The position numbers and the translations under genes were made by a program. From NCBI RefSeq assembly GCF_963921235.1, contig NC_086108.1:71054001-71118000 (forward strand): 64,000 nt of DNA. The letters run 5' to 3'. This DNA comes from Mobula hypostoma (lineage: Eukaryota). Of this stretch, positions 37,530 to 50,380 are shown piece by piece. Below the pieces are notes generated by a model, which was not told the DNA's origin, did not search any database, and saw nothing but the letters and a program-made list of their open reading frames with translations. The first letter of the stretch is position 1. Every line of letters starts with the position of its first letter.

Positions 37530-40130
37530 CCTCTCCGACATTTTGTTCTCTGCCGTATCCACGCCTTCCACTGCCGGTTCTTCATATCCCTTGTATTCAG
37601 TAAGGATCAGAAGATTGCCCGTCTCCAGACAGCAGATTCTACCGGCCCCGGACTGCGATCTCTGCTGCTTCCTGTTCTGCCCTCGATTACTTTGGACTCC
37701 CCCAGATTACGGATCTCGCCGACTCCATCCCCGACCCCGACCCCGACAGCCCAGTGACACCACTATTGCCAATGATCTCTGGGTTCCACTACCATCAATG
37801 CCGGTTCCTACGACCCCAGACACCTTCAGATGGCTAATTGTGCAGCCTTTAGCTCCGGCTCCAGCCTACTTCTTCAGCAAGTATTCCACACCCTGTGCTG
37901 AAGACTCCTCCTGCCTTCAACCCTCTTCTTCTTGTTAGTCACCCCACTCTGGTTCTTTTCATCTTGAATTGCCAAAGAGACATCAACTTTCTCGACTTCA
38001 GCACTCCTCTTTGCGTCTCCAGTCTTACCCCCACTGAACATACTGCTGTCCACTCCCTCTGCACCAATCCCAACCTTACCATCAAACCTGCAAACAAAGG
38101 GAGTGCTGTTGTAATGTGGCGCACTGACGTCTCCCTTCCTAAGGCCAGGCGACAACTCTCAGACATCTCCTCATTCCTACTCCTTGAAGAGGACCCCACT
38201 CTGGGCTATCAGAAGACCTGTCTCTGACACCATCACTGACCTCATCAACTCTGGAAAACTCCCATCTACTGCCACTAAATTCAGTTCCCTTACTCCACAC
38301 TGCTTGCTTCTAACTCCCATCCAAAATCTACAAACCTGACTGAGTAGGCCTATTGTCTCTGCATGCTCTTGCCCCACTGAACTCGTGTCCTCACATCTCA
38401 ATTCCATTTTATCCCACTTCATTCAATCCCTTCCCACCTACATCAGCGACACTTCTCATGCCCTCGATTGCCCAAATAACTTTCAATTCCCTGACCCTGA
38501 CCACTTCATCTTCACCATGGATGTTCAGTTACTATACACTTCTATCACCCATCAAGAAGTCCTCAAAGCTCTCTGCTTCTTTCTTGACAAAAGAACCAAC
38601 CAATCTCCCTTCTCCACCACCTTCCTCTGTTTGGCAGAATTGGTCCTCATTCTCAACAATTTTTCCTTCAGCATCTCCCACTTTCTCCAAAATCGAGGGG
38701 TAGCCATAGGCACTGGCATGGTGCCCAGCTGTACCAGCCTGTTCATTAACTATGTAGAACAGACAATGTTCGAAGCTTTCCCTGGTTATACTCCCCAACT
38801 CTTCCTCCACTACACTGATAACTGCATGGACGCTGCCTCATGCACTCATGCTGAACTCGTCAATTTTATCAACTGTGCTTCTAACTTCCACCCTGTCCTT
38901 AAATTCACTTGATCCATCTCTGACACCTCTCTCCCCTTTCTCAATTCTCTGTCTCTATCTCTGGAGAGAAACTGTTAACTGAAGTCTTTTATAAACCTAC
39001 TGATTCCCACAGTTATCTCAGCTATAGCTCTACCCATCCTCTCTTTCATGTACATCCGTGCTCACCCTATCTTCCCGCCATCTTAATAGTGATAGTTCCT
39101 CTTGTCCTTACTTACCCCCCCATCAGCCTCTGCATCCAATACGCTATCCTCCACAAATTCAGCCATCTCCAAAGGGATCCAACCACTAAATATATCTTTA
39201 CCTTACCCCACCTACCTGCTTTCAACAGGAATTGCTCCCTGTGCGATTCCCTTGTCCATTCATTGCTCCCCAGTAATCTCCCTCTTGGCATTTATCTCTG
39301 CAAGTGGCCCGTGCTACACCTGCCCATACATCTCCTCCCTCACCTCCATTCATGGCCCCAGTGAGGCAACACTTTACCTATGAATCTGCTGCAGTTGTTT
39401 ATGGTGTCCGGTGCTCCTAATGCGGCCTCCCTGACATTGGTGAGACCTGTCGTAAATTGGGGGACCGCTTCATCGTGCACCTTTGCATCATTTGCCACAA
39501 GTGGTACTTCCCGATGGCCAAACATTTTAACTCTGGTTCCCATGTCGGTCCATGGCCTCCTCTCGTGCCAAGATGAGGTCACTCTCAGGGTTGAGGCCAA
39601 CACCTTGTCTGGGTAGCCTTCAGCCTGATGGCATGAATATTGGTATTTCCTTTCAGTATCAAAAAACACCCTCCCTTTCCTATGTTCCCCTTTCTTACCT
39701 TTTACTTGTTTTCACCTGCCTATTACTTTCCACTGGATCCCCACCCCATTCCCTTTCTCCTACAGCCCACTCTCCTCTCCTATCAGATTATTTCTTCTCC
39801 AGACCTTGATCTTTTCCACCTACCTGGTTTCACCTATCACCTTCCAGCTAGCCTCCTTTCCCTCCTTTCCCTCCTTTCCCTCCTTTCCCTCCTTTCCCTC
39901 CTTTCCCTCCTTTCCCTCCTTTCCCTCCTTTCCCTCCTTTCCCTCCTTTCCCTCCTTTCCCTCCTTTCCCTCCTTTCCCTCCTTTCCCCTCCCCCCTCTC
40001 CTTTTTATTATGACATTTTCCCCCTTCCTTCTCAGTCCTTAAGAAGGATCTCGGCCTGAAACTTCAACCATCTATTCATTTCTATAGATGCTGCCCCAGC
40101 TGCTGAGTTCCCACAGCATTTTGTGTGTGC
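37530..40130 (+). mobile_element. Penelope-like retroelement (RT + GIY-YIG), decayed
   Basis: IKPANKGSAVV, FTMDVQLLYTSI, GVAIGT, FLHYTDN (YIDD equivalent); VVYGVRCS*CGLPDIGETCRKLGDRF (GIY-YIG) near 39390-39470; terminal repeat 40030-40130. Confidence 0.92.
39852..39986 (+). repeat. Perfect tandem repeat (CCTCCTTTC)x15
   Basis: Counted directly in the sequence; pure pyrimidine strand. Confidence 0.97.
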
Positions 40131-40502
40131 TATGTGTTGCTTTGAATTTGATGGTATAAAACTAGTACACAGTCTTTAATCTCAGGGTGAGTATTGTAAA
40201 TAAATGTGTGTCTAACACTGTACAAGTGCAATACTAAATGTTTCAATGAATGGTTGTTATAAGGGGGGATCTGTTGGAGTAGAGTAAGTAATAAAGGTGA
40301 AAGAGAAGAATAATTTCTCCTTGTTGATAAAAAGAAGGCTAACAAGTGAACAAAGGCATCATACTTGCATAGAGGCATGTTTAAGACAAAAATAGATCAA
40401 TATTTGAAATGATGCTTTTTGTAGGGAAAAATCAGGGCTGTTAATTAGTGGCAAGTGCAGAGAATTAGTGTTGCTGGGAGGAGCTATTTGGCCTCCAACC
40501 TA

Positions 40503-40880
40503 CCAGATGTTGAAAAGACTAGATAAAGTGGATGTAGAGAGGATGTTTCCTCTGGTGGGGGTATCCAGAACTGGAGGACACAGCCTCAAAATTGAGGGGT
40601 GACCTTTTAGAACAGAGGTAAGGAGGAACTTTTTTAACCAAAGCGTGGTGAATCTGTGGAATGTTCTGCCACAGGCTGCGGTGGAAGCCAAGCCCATGGG
40701 TGCATACAGAATAGAAGTTGATATGTTTCTGATTGGTTGGGGCATCAAGGGATATGGTGAGAGGGCTGGTGTATGGGGTTGAATGGGATCCAGGATCAGC
40801 CATGATGAAATGGTGGAGTGGGCTCGATGGACTGAATGGCCTAATTCTGCTCCTATGTCTTATAGTCTTGTGGTCTATTG
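40503..40880 (+). mobile_element. CR1 3' fragment
   Basis: LDKVDVERMFPLVGVSRTGGHSLK...NFFNQSVVNLWN motif and CR1 3' UTR. Confidence 0.88.
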
Positions 40881-42429
40881 TAAAGTTATTTTTTTCTACT
40901 ATAGGATGTACTTCAATTTCACCACATTGACCATTGCAGTTACACCCGAATGATCCAATGAATCCATTTGTAGAAAACTTTTTTCTCTGCCAGGTCTGTA
41001 AGTAACACTACAGGTCTGCAATGTCAGTGTTAGGGAAATTATTGGAAAACATTCTGAAAGACAGAAATCTGCACCTAGAAAGACGGGGACTAATTTAAGG
41101 TGGTCACCAAAGAGATTGAAATTTTTGATGAGCTAACCAAATGTTTTAGCTCATGGAGTTGATGTGAACTACGTGGACTTCATAAGGCCTGTGACAAGAT
41201 CTTGTGTGGGGAAACTAGCAGTTCATGGAATCCATGGTAAATTAGCAAATTGGATGCAAAATTTTCTCTGTGATAGGTGGGCATGTACACGGCAGGCTGA
41301 ACAGCCCATTTCTATGTGGTATGACTCTGTTTAGGGCTAACAAGCAATTCATAATATGTTTTATGAATGTTATGAGACATACTATATTTGAAAATTGATG
41401 ATTACACTGTTACTCAGTAATTGAACTTCGATATTTATGAATGATACAGAGGAAATGCTTTAAAACTGCCGGCCACAAAACTTAAAATTCTCATTGTGTT
41501 CATGTACCTTTGTGGGCTTGACCCCATCTTGGTAACTTTCTCTGGGCATCTTGAAACATCTATACGTCTTACTCACAATTTGCTCTGTCCTCTGGCTCTA
41601 TTTCATCGATTTTGATTGCCAGCATCCTGAGACACTGTTTCTTGTCCCTTTGGTTACAGCCCAGCAATTCAAAAATGACATGTCCATTGCTAATATTTTC
41701 TGTCCGTTAACCAGTCCTCAGTCCATATTGTCACAAGAACAATCTCTCACTCATTGTCAGCAAGACCAAGGAGCTGATTATTGACTTCAGAAGGAGGAAA
41801 CTGGAAATCCATGAGCCGGTCCTCCTTGGAGGATCAGAGGTGGAGAGGGTCAGCAACTTTAAATTCCTTGGTGTAATCATTTCAGGGGATCTGTCCTGGG
41901 TCCAGCATGTAAGTGCCATTACAAAGAAAGCACGGCAGTGCCTCTACTTTCTTGGAGTTTGTGACAATGCAGCATGTCATCTAAAACTTTGACAAACTTC
42001 TATAGATGTATGAGGGAGAGTATATTGACAGGTTACAACACATTTTGGTATGGAAACAGCAATGCCCTTGAATGGAAAACCCTCAAAAAGTAGTGGATAT
42101 GGCCCAGTTCATCATGGGTAAAGCCCTTCCCACAATTGCATACATCTGCACAGAGCACTGTCGCAGGAAAGCAGCGTCCATCATCAAGGACCCCTATCAT
42201 CCAGGCGACGCTCTCTTCTCGCTGCTGCCATCAGGAAGGAGGTACAGGAGCCTCAAGACCCACACCACCAGTTTCAGGAACAATTATTACCCCTCAGCCA
42301 TCAGGCTCTTGAACCAGGGGATAGATTCACTCACCCCATCATTGAACTGTTCCTACCACAACCTATGGACTCACTTTCAAGACCTGCACATCTCATGTTC
42401 TCAATACTTATTGCCTATTTGTTAATAAT

Positions 42430-42660
42430 AATAATAATAATAATAAGAAGAAGAAGAAAGCCCTTAACTCTGAGTGGAGTCATTGGGACGCTGTCATGAT
42501 GGCATTTTTTTAGCAGGCTTTCTTATTTTTACGAGGCTGAGTTTCTAGCTTGATGCTCAACCCAGCACGGATGGAAAGCGTGCAAGGGAGCTGGCTGGAT
42601 TCGAACTCGGGAGCCTTCGCTCCGAAGTCCGGTGCTGATACCACTTCGCCACCAGCTGGC
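42430..42660 (-). mobile_element. tRNA-derived SINE with a (TTC)n(TTA)n tail
   Basis: Minus strand A box TGGCGAAGTGG and B box GTTCGAATCC; TSD TATTT(G/A)TTAATAAT at 42416-42429 and 42661-42674. Confidence 0.88.
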
Positions 42661-42679
42661 TATTTATTAATAATTATTA

Positions 42680-44242
42680 CAGGTTTCCCCCGCCATCCGA
42701 AGGTAGAGCGTTCCTATGAAATGGTTCGTAAGCCGAAATATCGTGAAGCGAAGAAGCAATTACCATTTACTTATATGGGAAAATTTTGTGACCGTTCGTA
42801 GACCCAAAAATAACCTACCAAATCATGCCAAATAACACATAAAACCTAAAATAACAGTAACATATAGTAAAAGCAGGAATTATATGATAAATACACAGCC
42901 TATATAAAGTAGAAATACTTCTCTACAACGATTGCCTGCACAGATCTCCGTAGTGAAAATCTCAATGCAAGCGCTGTTGGCATAAACGCGCTCTCCAGTA
43001 ACCTTTAAACTATGAAGCTGCCAAATCTACCAAATAACATGTAAAAATACACAGCCTATATAAAGTGGAAATATTGTATGTACAGTGTAGTATCACTTAC
43101 CGGAATTGGGAAAACAGCGCCGAGCACACTGATGATGGTGTGTTAGACTGAGTCGTCGCAGGCTGGGTGGTGCAGTGGCCCCCACCCTCCGGGTGGCCGA
43201 CGCGATACATTGCTGCAAAGAACGCAGTGGTAGCTGGGAGGCACACAGCACATCGTTAAGAAAAAAGCCGAAATAAACATGCTAATTAATTAGGTGCTGC
43301 CCGGCAGGTAAATGTCGGCGCAGATCAGAGGCGATTGCTGATTGCATCGCCTGTGATCTGGGCGGATAATTATATGCTAGGCGGCACCTAATTAATTAGC
43401 ATGTTTATTTTGGCTTTTTTCTTAAAGGTGTGCTGTGTGCCTCCCGGCTACCGCTGCATTCTTCGCGAATCGGTACAGTATCTGTCCGGGGCCTGGGTGT
43501 TGGGGTGGTGGGGCACGGGGGTGTCATCTTGTCGTCTGTTTCCATTAGAACAGGCAGCTCATCTTCGATGCCCGCCTCGATGTCGAAGGTCGAGGTTCGT
43601 CGTCTGCTGTGGCTGATGTGGAAGGCTTGCTTGACTGCTGAGCCTCGCGCATTTTTCTATCATACAGTTGTTTGTAAGCACTCAATCCATCCTGCAAATG
43701 TCCCCTAAACCTACATACCCTTTCAAAATTAGAGTCGTACTTTATCATTGCAGCAAAAATCTCACGCAGTTGCTTCACTTTCTGCATTCGGTTGCATTCG
43801 GTTTCGATTGTTATCCTTTGCTCTTCCAATTGCATCAGCTCTTCATCTATCAGTTCTTGGTCATGGGATGCCAAAACCTCTTCGACATCATCTTCGTCAA
43901 CTTCCACAAGCCAAACTCACTTTGTCCTTACTTCGTTCACCACGATCGAAGCGCTTAATTATGTCTAGTTTTATGCTAAGTGTAACACCCTTACTCTTTC
44001 AGGCTTTTCCGATACCTTAGAGCTCATCTTGCTAACGGCTGCTCAATGCAACGTGTTTAAGCAATGCCATTCCGAATCCGGGGCAGAGCGGCTGCTTGGG
44101 GCGCGCGCTGATTTTTTATCGCGCGCTGCCTTTCTTCGTAACAGTGAAAACACTTTCTGAAAGCGAAAACAGGGTACTAATGTAGGTCTTTCGTAACAGT
44201 GAGGTTTCGTAGGGTGAACATACGAAAAGCGGGGGACACCTG
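42680..44242 (-). mobile_element. Tigger-family non-autonomous transposon (copy 1)
   Basis: TA TSDs at 42678-79 and 44243-44; TIR CAGGTTTCCCCCGC / CAGGTGTCCCCCGC; transposase remnants LSIKLDIIKRFDRGERSKD and EDDVEEVLASHDQELIDEELMQLEE. Confidence 0.92.
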
Positions 44243-44459
44243 TATTATTTTCTTTTTGTATTTGCACAGTTTGTTGTCTTTTGTATGTTGGTTGTTTGTC
44301 CATGCTGTTGCGTGCGGTGATTGATTCTTGTTGTGTTTCTTATATTTACTGTGAATGCCCACAAGAAAATGAATGTCAGGGTTGTATCTAGTTACATATA
44401 ACTACTTTGATAATACATTTACTTTGAACTTTTGATCTTCGATTTTTTTTTCAAATATG

Positions 44460-44525
44460 CCACACTATACTTTATTGTCGCCAAACAATTGATACTAGAA
44501 CGTATAATCATCACAGCGATATTTG
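44460..44525 (-). mobile_element. Extreme 3' tip of a Rex/Babar LINE
   Basis: Reverse complement of 53932-53995. Confidence 0.8.
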
Positions 44526-44918
44526 GTCCTTTATAATCTACTAGATGTAATGCTAAAAATCTCTTAAGAGATTTGTTAACGCAGGATGTCCCTTTATAAA
44601 TTATTAGTTTTAAGTGTTCTCTCATATCTTTCCTACTAAAGTCAGGTAAATGTTCGTAGTTCTCAATTTTGTCTCCCTTTCCTTTCTTAAAAAGAGATTT
44701 TATTTATTTTTCACTCTTTGCTCCAATATTGTATTTGCCTTGTTGGCTGGGAAGGTTCTCGGTTGTGTTTTTGTGCTTTAAAGCGATATTTATTAGTTGT
44801 AAAATATTTATTCTTTAAAGAAGGCTTCTATTTGGCTTTGTTTGTCAAGATCTTTATTGTAAGAAACATTCTAATTTATCCTTTGCTATTTTAATAATTG
44901 AGGCTTTATCATTTTTAG

Positions 44919-45056
44919 GCTGTTTGCGCAATCTTCGAAAAGTCTGTGAAAACTCTTCTGGATGATTTTGCTCCGATGATCCCACAGCTTTCAGAAATGC
45001 TGGGTCAGATGTACAGTACTATTCCACAGGCATCTGCATTGGAACTAACACGCCAG
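44919..45056 (+). CDS. IPO13: Importin-13 exon: AVCAIFEKSVKTLLDDFAPMIPQLSEMLGQMYSTIPQASALELTRQ
   Basis: tttttag acceptor and GTAGA donor; 138 nt. Confidence 0.96.
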
Positions 45057-46839
45057 GTAGAATCAAAGCTTTTTTTAAAAAATAAAATAACATATTCTTC
45101 CATTTAGATTTTTTTTCTTATTCTATGGAATTAGAGAAACATTTATGTTTTTTCTGATAAATACACTTTTCCATTCCTTTGGCTGGTTGCCTGTGCCATA
45201 TGTACAGGCAAACTTATTTCGATCATATAAGTGAATTAACACAAGCACATAATGAAATAACTAACCATTATGTGGACTAAAACAACTTTTATGCTATAAC
45301 ACCAGTTTGTTGTTCATGCAGATTTTAGAGGGGACAGAAGGAGTCACGAAAACCTGAACTATGATTTTAAGCACCAGGCTCTTGAGTATACTTCTGTTAA
45401 ATTCTTTTGGATTCACTACTGTTCAATACAAATTTTCACATCCAAAACATGGTGCTTCTTTGGTTCATCTCAAATATAGCCCAAAGTACTGAAAAAAGCA
45501 GAAAAAATATAAACGAACCAAGTATCACTGATGAAATTTGATTAATTTGAACTGAAGTTTTAAACTGAACCTTATGAGCAAAGATTGAGTTGGAGCTTTT
45601 TTCTTTGGAGTGAAGGAGAATGCGAGGTCACTTGTTAAAGGTGTATTAAGGTTATGAGAGGGATAGGTATGGACGTCCTGTGCCTTTCTCCCAGGGTGGC
45701 ATTGGTCAATACCAGAGGACATCTTTTTAAAGTGAAAGGACTAAAATTTAGAGAAGTCAGAGATAGGTGCTTGGAATTCTGCTATGTCCAGTGGTCTGTG
45801 GAGCACCCTGCCGGTAGTGCCGGTACAGACTGTTGTGCTGTGCATTCAGAGATGCTCTTCAACACACTACTATTGTAATGCATAGTTTATTTGAGTTACT
45901 GTCAGCTTGAACCAGTCTGGCCATTCTCCTCTAATCAATATGATTATATTCAAACAAAAAGATAACAGTTAACATATTAAAAACAAATTAAGGTGAAGAT
46001 TTTCTAGTAAAATGTAACTTAACTTTCTCTTTGCTTTCTCAAACCAAACTGTACAATCTCCTTTGAGATCAGTAGAATGACAGCTCTTCTGGTATAGGAT
46101 CCTACATCAGCTCCTGTGTTAGTGTAGGGTCTCAACTAAAAGCTCAATGTATCCCTGTTGCTTTCACAGGTATTGGTTGATCTGCTATTTTTTCCAGCAG
46201 GTTAATTTATGTTCCAGATTCCAGCAATTCCAGCCTTCTGTTTCTCAGTAAAATTTGTATCAGTAAACTGAATCTGTCACCTTTAGAATTTCTACATTTG
46301 ACAGTGGCTGAATGCTAATTGTTCCAACTGGAATCACAGATAGTAGCTTTTGAGATGGAGGCCGTTCACATTATTTCTGTTTTGATGTGCTATCTGAACC
46401 GCTGAATGTTTTCCAATTAACAATAATTTGTTTTTGTGTAGTCCAGACTTGGTGCAGGAACCTACTGCCCTAAACTAGCATGTAAAGTATAATGACTTAT
46501 TTCTACAGTAGTGTTTGTCATATCCTTTATGGAAATCTAAGTGTAGCATATGGATTAGTTCCCCTTATCAACAGCACATCTTTCTTCTTTTAAAAAAATC
46601 CTAATAATTTGTTCAGATGTAAATTGTGTCTTTTGCAAGTAGAATTCTTCACCCTCGTTTGAAGATGAATTTGGAAAGCACGGTTAAGTAAGGCCATATA
46701 TTAATCAAATAAGTGCATTGAACAAGCACTCAGAGCAGCATTTCTAAATGGCTGCACCCAATCATGGCAATGTCTGTAGCTATTTTTAAATTGATTTAAT
46801 TGTTCTTTGTGGCTCCATGGGATAGTTATTTATTAACAG

Positions 46840-47605
46840 AATCATGGTTATTATCACTAACGTATGTCATGAAACTTGTTGTTTTGTAGCAGCAGCACAG
46901 TGCAATACATTAAAAATTACTATTTTATATAAACTAAATAGTGAAAAAGAGGAATAGCGAGGTAGTGTTCATGGGTTCATGGACCATTCATAAAACAGAT
47001 GGCAGAGGTAACAGTCTATTCCTAACATATTGAATGTGGTTATTCATCTATATCTTCTCGATGGTAGTAATAAGAAGAGGGCATATACAAGGTGGTGAGC
47101 ATCCTTAATGATGAAATCTGCCCTTTTGAGGCATCGTCTTTTGAAGATGTCTGCAGTGGTGGGAAGGCTTATGCCAGACTGAGTCGACAACCCTCAGCAG
47201 CCTCTTTGATTCTGCACAATGGAGCCTCCATTTTAGGTGGTGATATAAGCAGTCAGAATGCTCTCCAGCATATATCTGTAGAAATTTGCTAGAGTCTTTG
47301 ATGACATACCAAATCTTTGTGATTTCATCAATTTGTTGGCCTAGGATGGATCCTCTGAGATATTGATGCCAGAAACTTGAAGCTGCTCTACTTTTCACCA
47401 CTGACCCCTGAATGAGGACTGGTGCGTGTTCTCCTGACTCTGCTTTCCTGAATTCCAGAATGAGTGCAACACCATCCAACCTGCTGATCCATCTCTACGT
47501 CTTCCCAATGCCATCTGAGATTCTGTCAACAACTGTGGTGTCATCGGTATATCTATAGATGGCGTTTGAGATGTGCCTAACCACGCAAGTCTTTAGTGTA
47601 GAGAG
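46840..47605 (-). mobile_element. Decayed Rex1/Babar LINE fragment
   Basis: DDTTVV (near 47530-47547), EFRK...HAPVLI.G.VV motifs; Rex-type 3' UTR. Confidence 0.75.
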
Positions 47606-47915
47606 AGAGAGAGGAGAGTGAGTAGTGGTCAAAGATACTTTTAGAAGGAATTATGAAGCCATGCTAGTGAAAAAGCAATTAAAAAGAATTAGAAGTGTAC
47701 CATTATCTTGGTGAGGTACTCACCGAATTGACATTCTTGATGCATTCTATTCTACTCCAGTCCCAATTTGCATAACGTGCAGGATGTGCTCCAGATTAAT
47801 ATTTTCAAGGTCACTGTTCATTAATGGTTTTTATTGATTTTCTGTTTGATCTAGCTCCTTTATTTTCCTTACGTGACTACAATGTATTGTTTACTTGGGT
47901 TATTCTCTTTTTCAG

Positions 47916-48012
47916 CTAGTGCACATATTTGCCACTGATTCAACTCATTTTGTCCCAGTAAAGGCTCTGTTCCTCCTTGTCACTTCTGTGACCCTCTCAA
48001 TCTTCCAACAAG
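47916..48012 (+). CDS. IPO13: Importin-13 exon: LVHIFATDSTHFVPVKALFLLVTSVTLSIFQQ(G)
   Basis: ctttttcag acceptor and GTAGG donor; 97 nt, ends in phase 1. Confidence 0.95.
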
Positions 48013-50380
48013 GTAGGTCATCATACTTTTAAATTTGAATCATTTTGACATACCTAATGTGTGCTGCTATGTTTTTTTTTGCTCAGCTTTCAACCATAGT
48101 GATCATGCTGGTGGTTTTCTTGTATGTTTCCTGGTTTCATTGCTATTCAGTGAGGTTTATGCAGCCACGTAATCCTCCCTGAATCTTAAAGTTACTTAAT
48201 ATTTACTGTAATTAGCAATGAAAAATTACCATTTTACATATATGATGCAAAAATAAAATGTTTGATTCTTGTAAAATCACGTCTGTTTGTCTCATGACCT
48301 TGGATTTCCAATAAAACAACCGAATGTGGATGAGAAGATGATTTACACTGTTGGCAATTTCCATATGTGCTGCATTAATGATTTGTGTACTCCCAATTGC
48401 ATGAAGGGAATATTTGTATTCTTTCTGGGATGATTAAAGCACAAACCACTCTGAGGTATTGTTCACTACTCTTACAGTGATTGTTTGCTGTGCAGTTTGT
48501 GAAATGGGTTGCCTATGGATGAAGAGTTAAATTCAGCCTTCACAAATTGCATATCAGCTTAGATAAGCATTTGAAAAATATATAAAATTTATTGGTGTTT
48601 GGTAGGTATGGAATTGAAAACTCAAGATAATAAGATTGAAGTGGAGAAAACAGATGGAGGTTTATTTTGGCTTCCTTATTACCTAAAAATGACTGTCTTA
48701 AAAAAATTCTTACTTATCTTATTTTTTTTAGGATATAGTTTACAACATAGGTGAGGGAAATTAGTAGATTCTAAAAAAACATTTGAGACTCATTCCCCTG
48801 GTATGTTATTAAGAGATCATAGTATTGGGATTAATGCAATAGTATGGTTCGAGGATTAGCTAAAGAGCAGAAAGTGAAACCAGGATAAGTGCATAACTTT
48901 CATATTGGTAGAAGTTTACTGTTGGGTACCACAGAATCAGTGCTAAGATGCTTTACTCTTTAGAATCGGGTATACTGATTTAAGGGACCAAATGTTATTT
49001 ACTCAGTTTGTTGATAATGTAGAGTATGGAAAGGAACTAATCTGCAAGGAAGATGCAGAATGCCTGGGAATATGTATGTACTTTCTTGAATAAGCAAACA
49101 TGAAGATGGAGGCTCAAGTGTAGCATAGAATGGTTTTTTTTTATTTTTGTAGTTGGTTAGAATATTGTGAATGGTGATAGTTTCTTACATATTTGTTTTT
49201 ACTGAGATTTGCATATCTGTGAGCACAAAACACAAATACAAATATTTATGGTGGCAAATTGGATGTTCATTGTTATTGCATAGGCTTTTGGAGTGGTAGA
49301 ATGAGAAAGTCTTGCAATAAATGTACAGGACTTGGAGACAAAACCTCAAGCATTCTATACAGATCTTATCTCTGAATCCAATGAAATATAAACCTAGTAT
49401 AACAAAAGTTTGCCAGTGATTCCTGGGAAGATGGTGCCGTCTAAAAAAGAGATTCAACCAAGCTCTGAAACCCTTAATATTGGCCCCAAGTTTCTTTATT
49501 TGATCAAATTGTTAAAAGAATATGAGGTGAAAATTGCACACACAAGGTTCAAAATCAATAATGAAGTATAATGTATACAACACAATATCTTGGAAATATC
49601 TAAGATTTAGGAAAGTCTTGATTTAGTTATTGAAAGAGCAAAAACAAAACAGTAAGCACGACACGTAGATCTGGAAGCCTTTAGCTGAACAATATTTTCA
49701 AAAAAGGAGCATGTCCTGTAGACCCCAAAGTAGGTTGAGCATAATCAGCTGACGATACTAAGTACAGAAGAAAATTCAAACTTCCATACAGAACCATGAA
49801 TTATCTTGGCATCAAAGCCATATTTGAACAGAATTAAGTGCTGGATGTGAATTAAAAGGTCATAAATTTAACATTGCTTTACATGGAATGCCGTCGCAGA
49901 GTCCAGAAAGGATTTCACAGCATAATAGTTCAAAGTACTATGCTAGGGGTACTATGCCAAGTCAGATCTGACAATAGGATTGTAGACCTAATCTACTTAA
50001 ATGGGAATGATGACTTTTTTAAAGGATATATTGTACTTCGGTTCTGTGTTTGTAATAAGTAACTTTCTTTTTTGTAATAATTTGCATAACTGTTAATAGT
50101 TTTTAATTGTCAGGAAAAATAGGTTTGACTAGAGGCAAGGTCACAACCCCAGGTTTGGCTTCTGTCAAAGACTGACAAGTATTTCAGAGCAGGGCCATCG
50201 CACTCCTCCATTTGATGACTACTTGCTTTGCTGGATGCTACAGGACCCGTTAATCCAGTTAAGATACATCAGTGCAGTTTAGAATGGCTATTGGGTAATC
50301 GTCTGGTTGGCAGATTGAATCCGACGCAATTTGACCCATTCATTTTAGAAATTAAAAATATGAGGAATAGAAGTAAAAGA

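Larger units (their letters stand above)
41733..44435 (+). mobile_element. Rex1/Babar LINE 3' part, interrupted by a SINE and a Tigger element
   Basis: SKTKELIIDFR and IIKDPYHPG..LFSLLPSGRRYRSLKTHT; 3' UTR resumes at 44245 and ends TACTTTGAACTTT. Confidence 0.88.

Noticed and set aside
38385..38912. Active Penelope reverse transcriptase
   Set aside because: The catalytic YIDD-equivalent reads YTDN, and there are multiple frameshifts and stops, including in the GIY-YIG domain.
39640..40059. ORFs with SFP/LLS repeats, or a CRISPR-like array
   Set aside because: These are translations of a perfect 9-bp tandem repeat with no spacers; eukaryotic intron, no cas genes.
43545..43907. Functional transposase (also 54472..54813 and 56251..56619)
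   Set aside because: Only N- and C-terminal remnants remain; the DDE catalytic domain is deleted in all three copies.
49450..49860. Possible LINE RT remnant (ADDT-like word near 49750)
   Set aside because: A single short motif without supporting neighbouring RT motifs; cannot be assigned.
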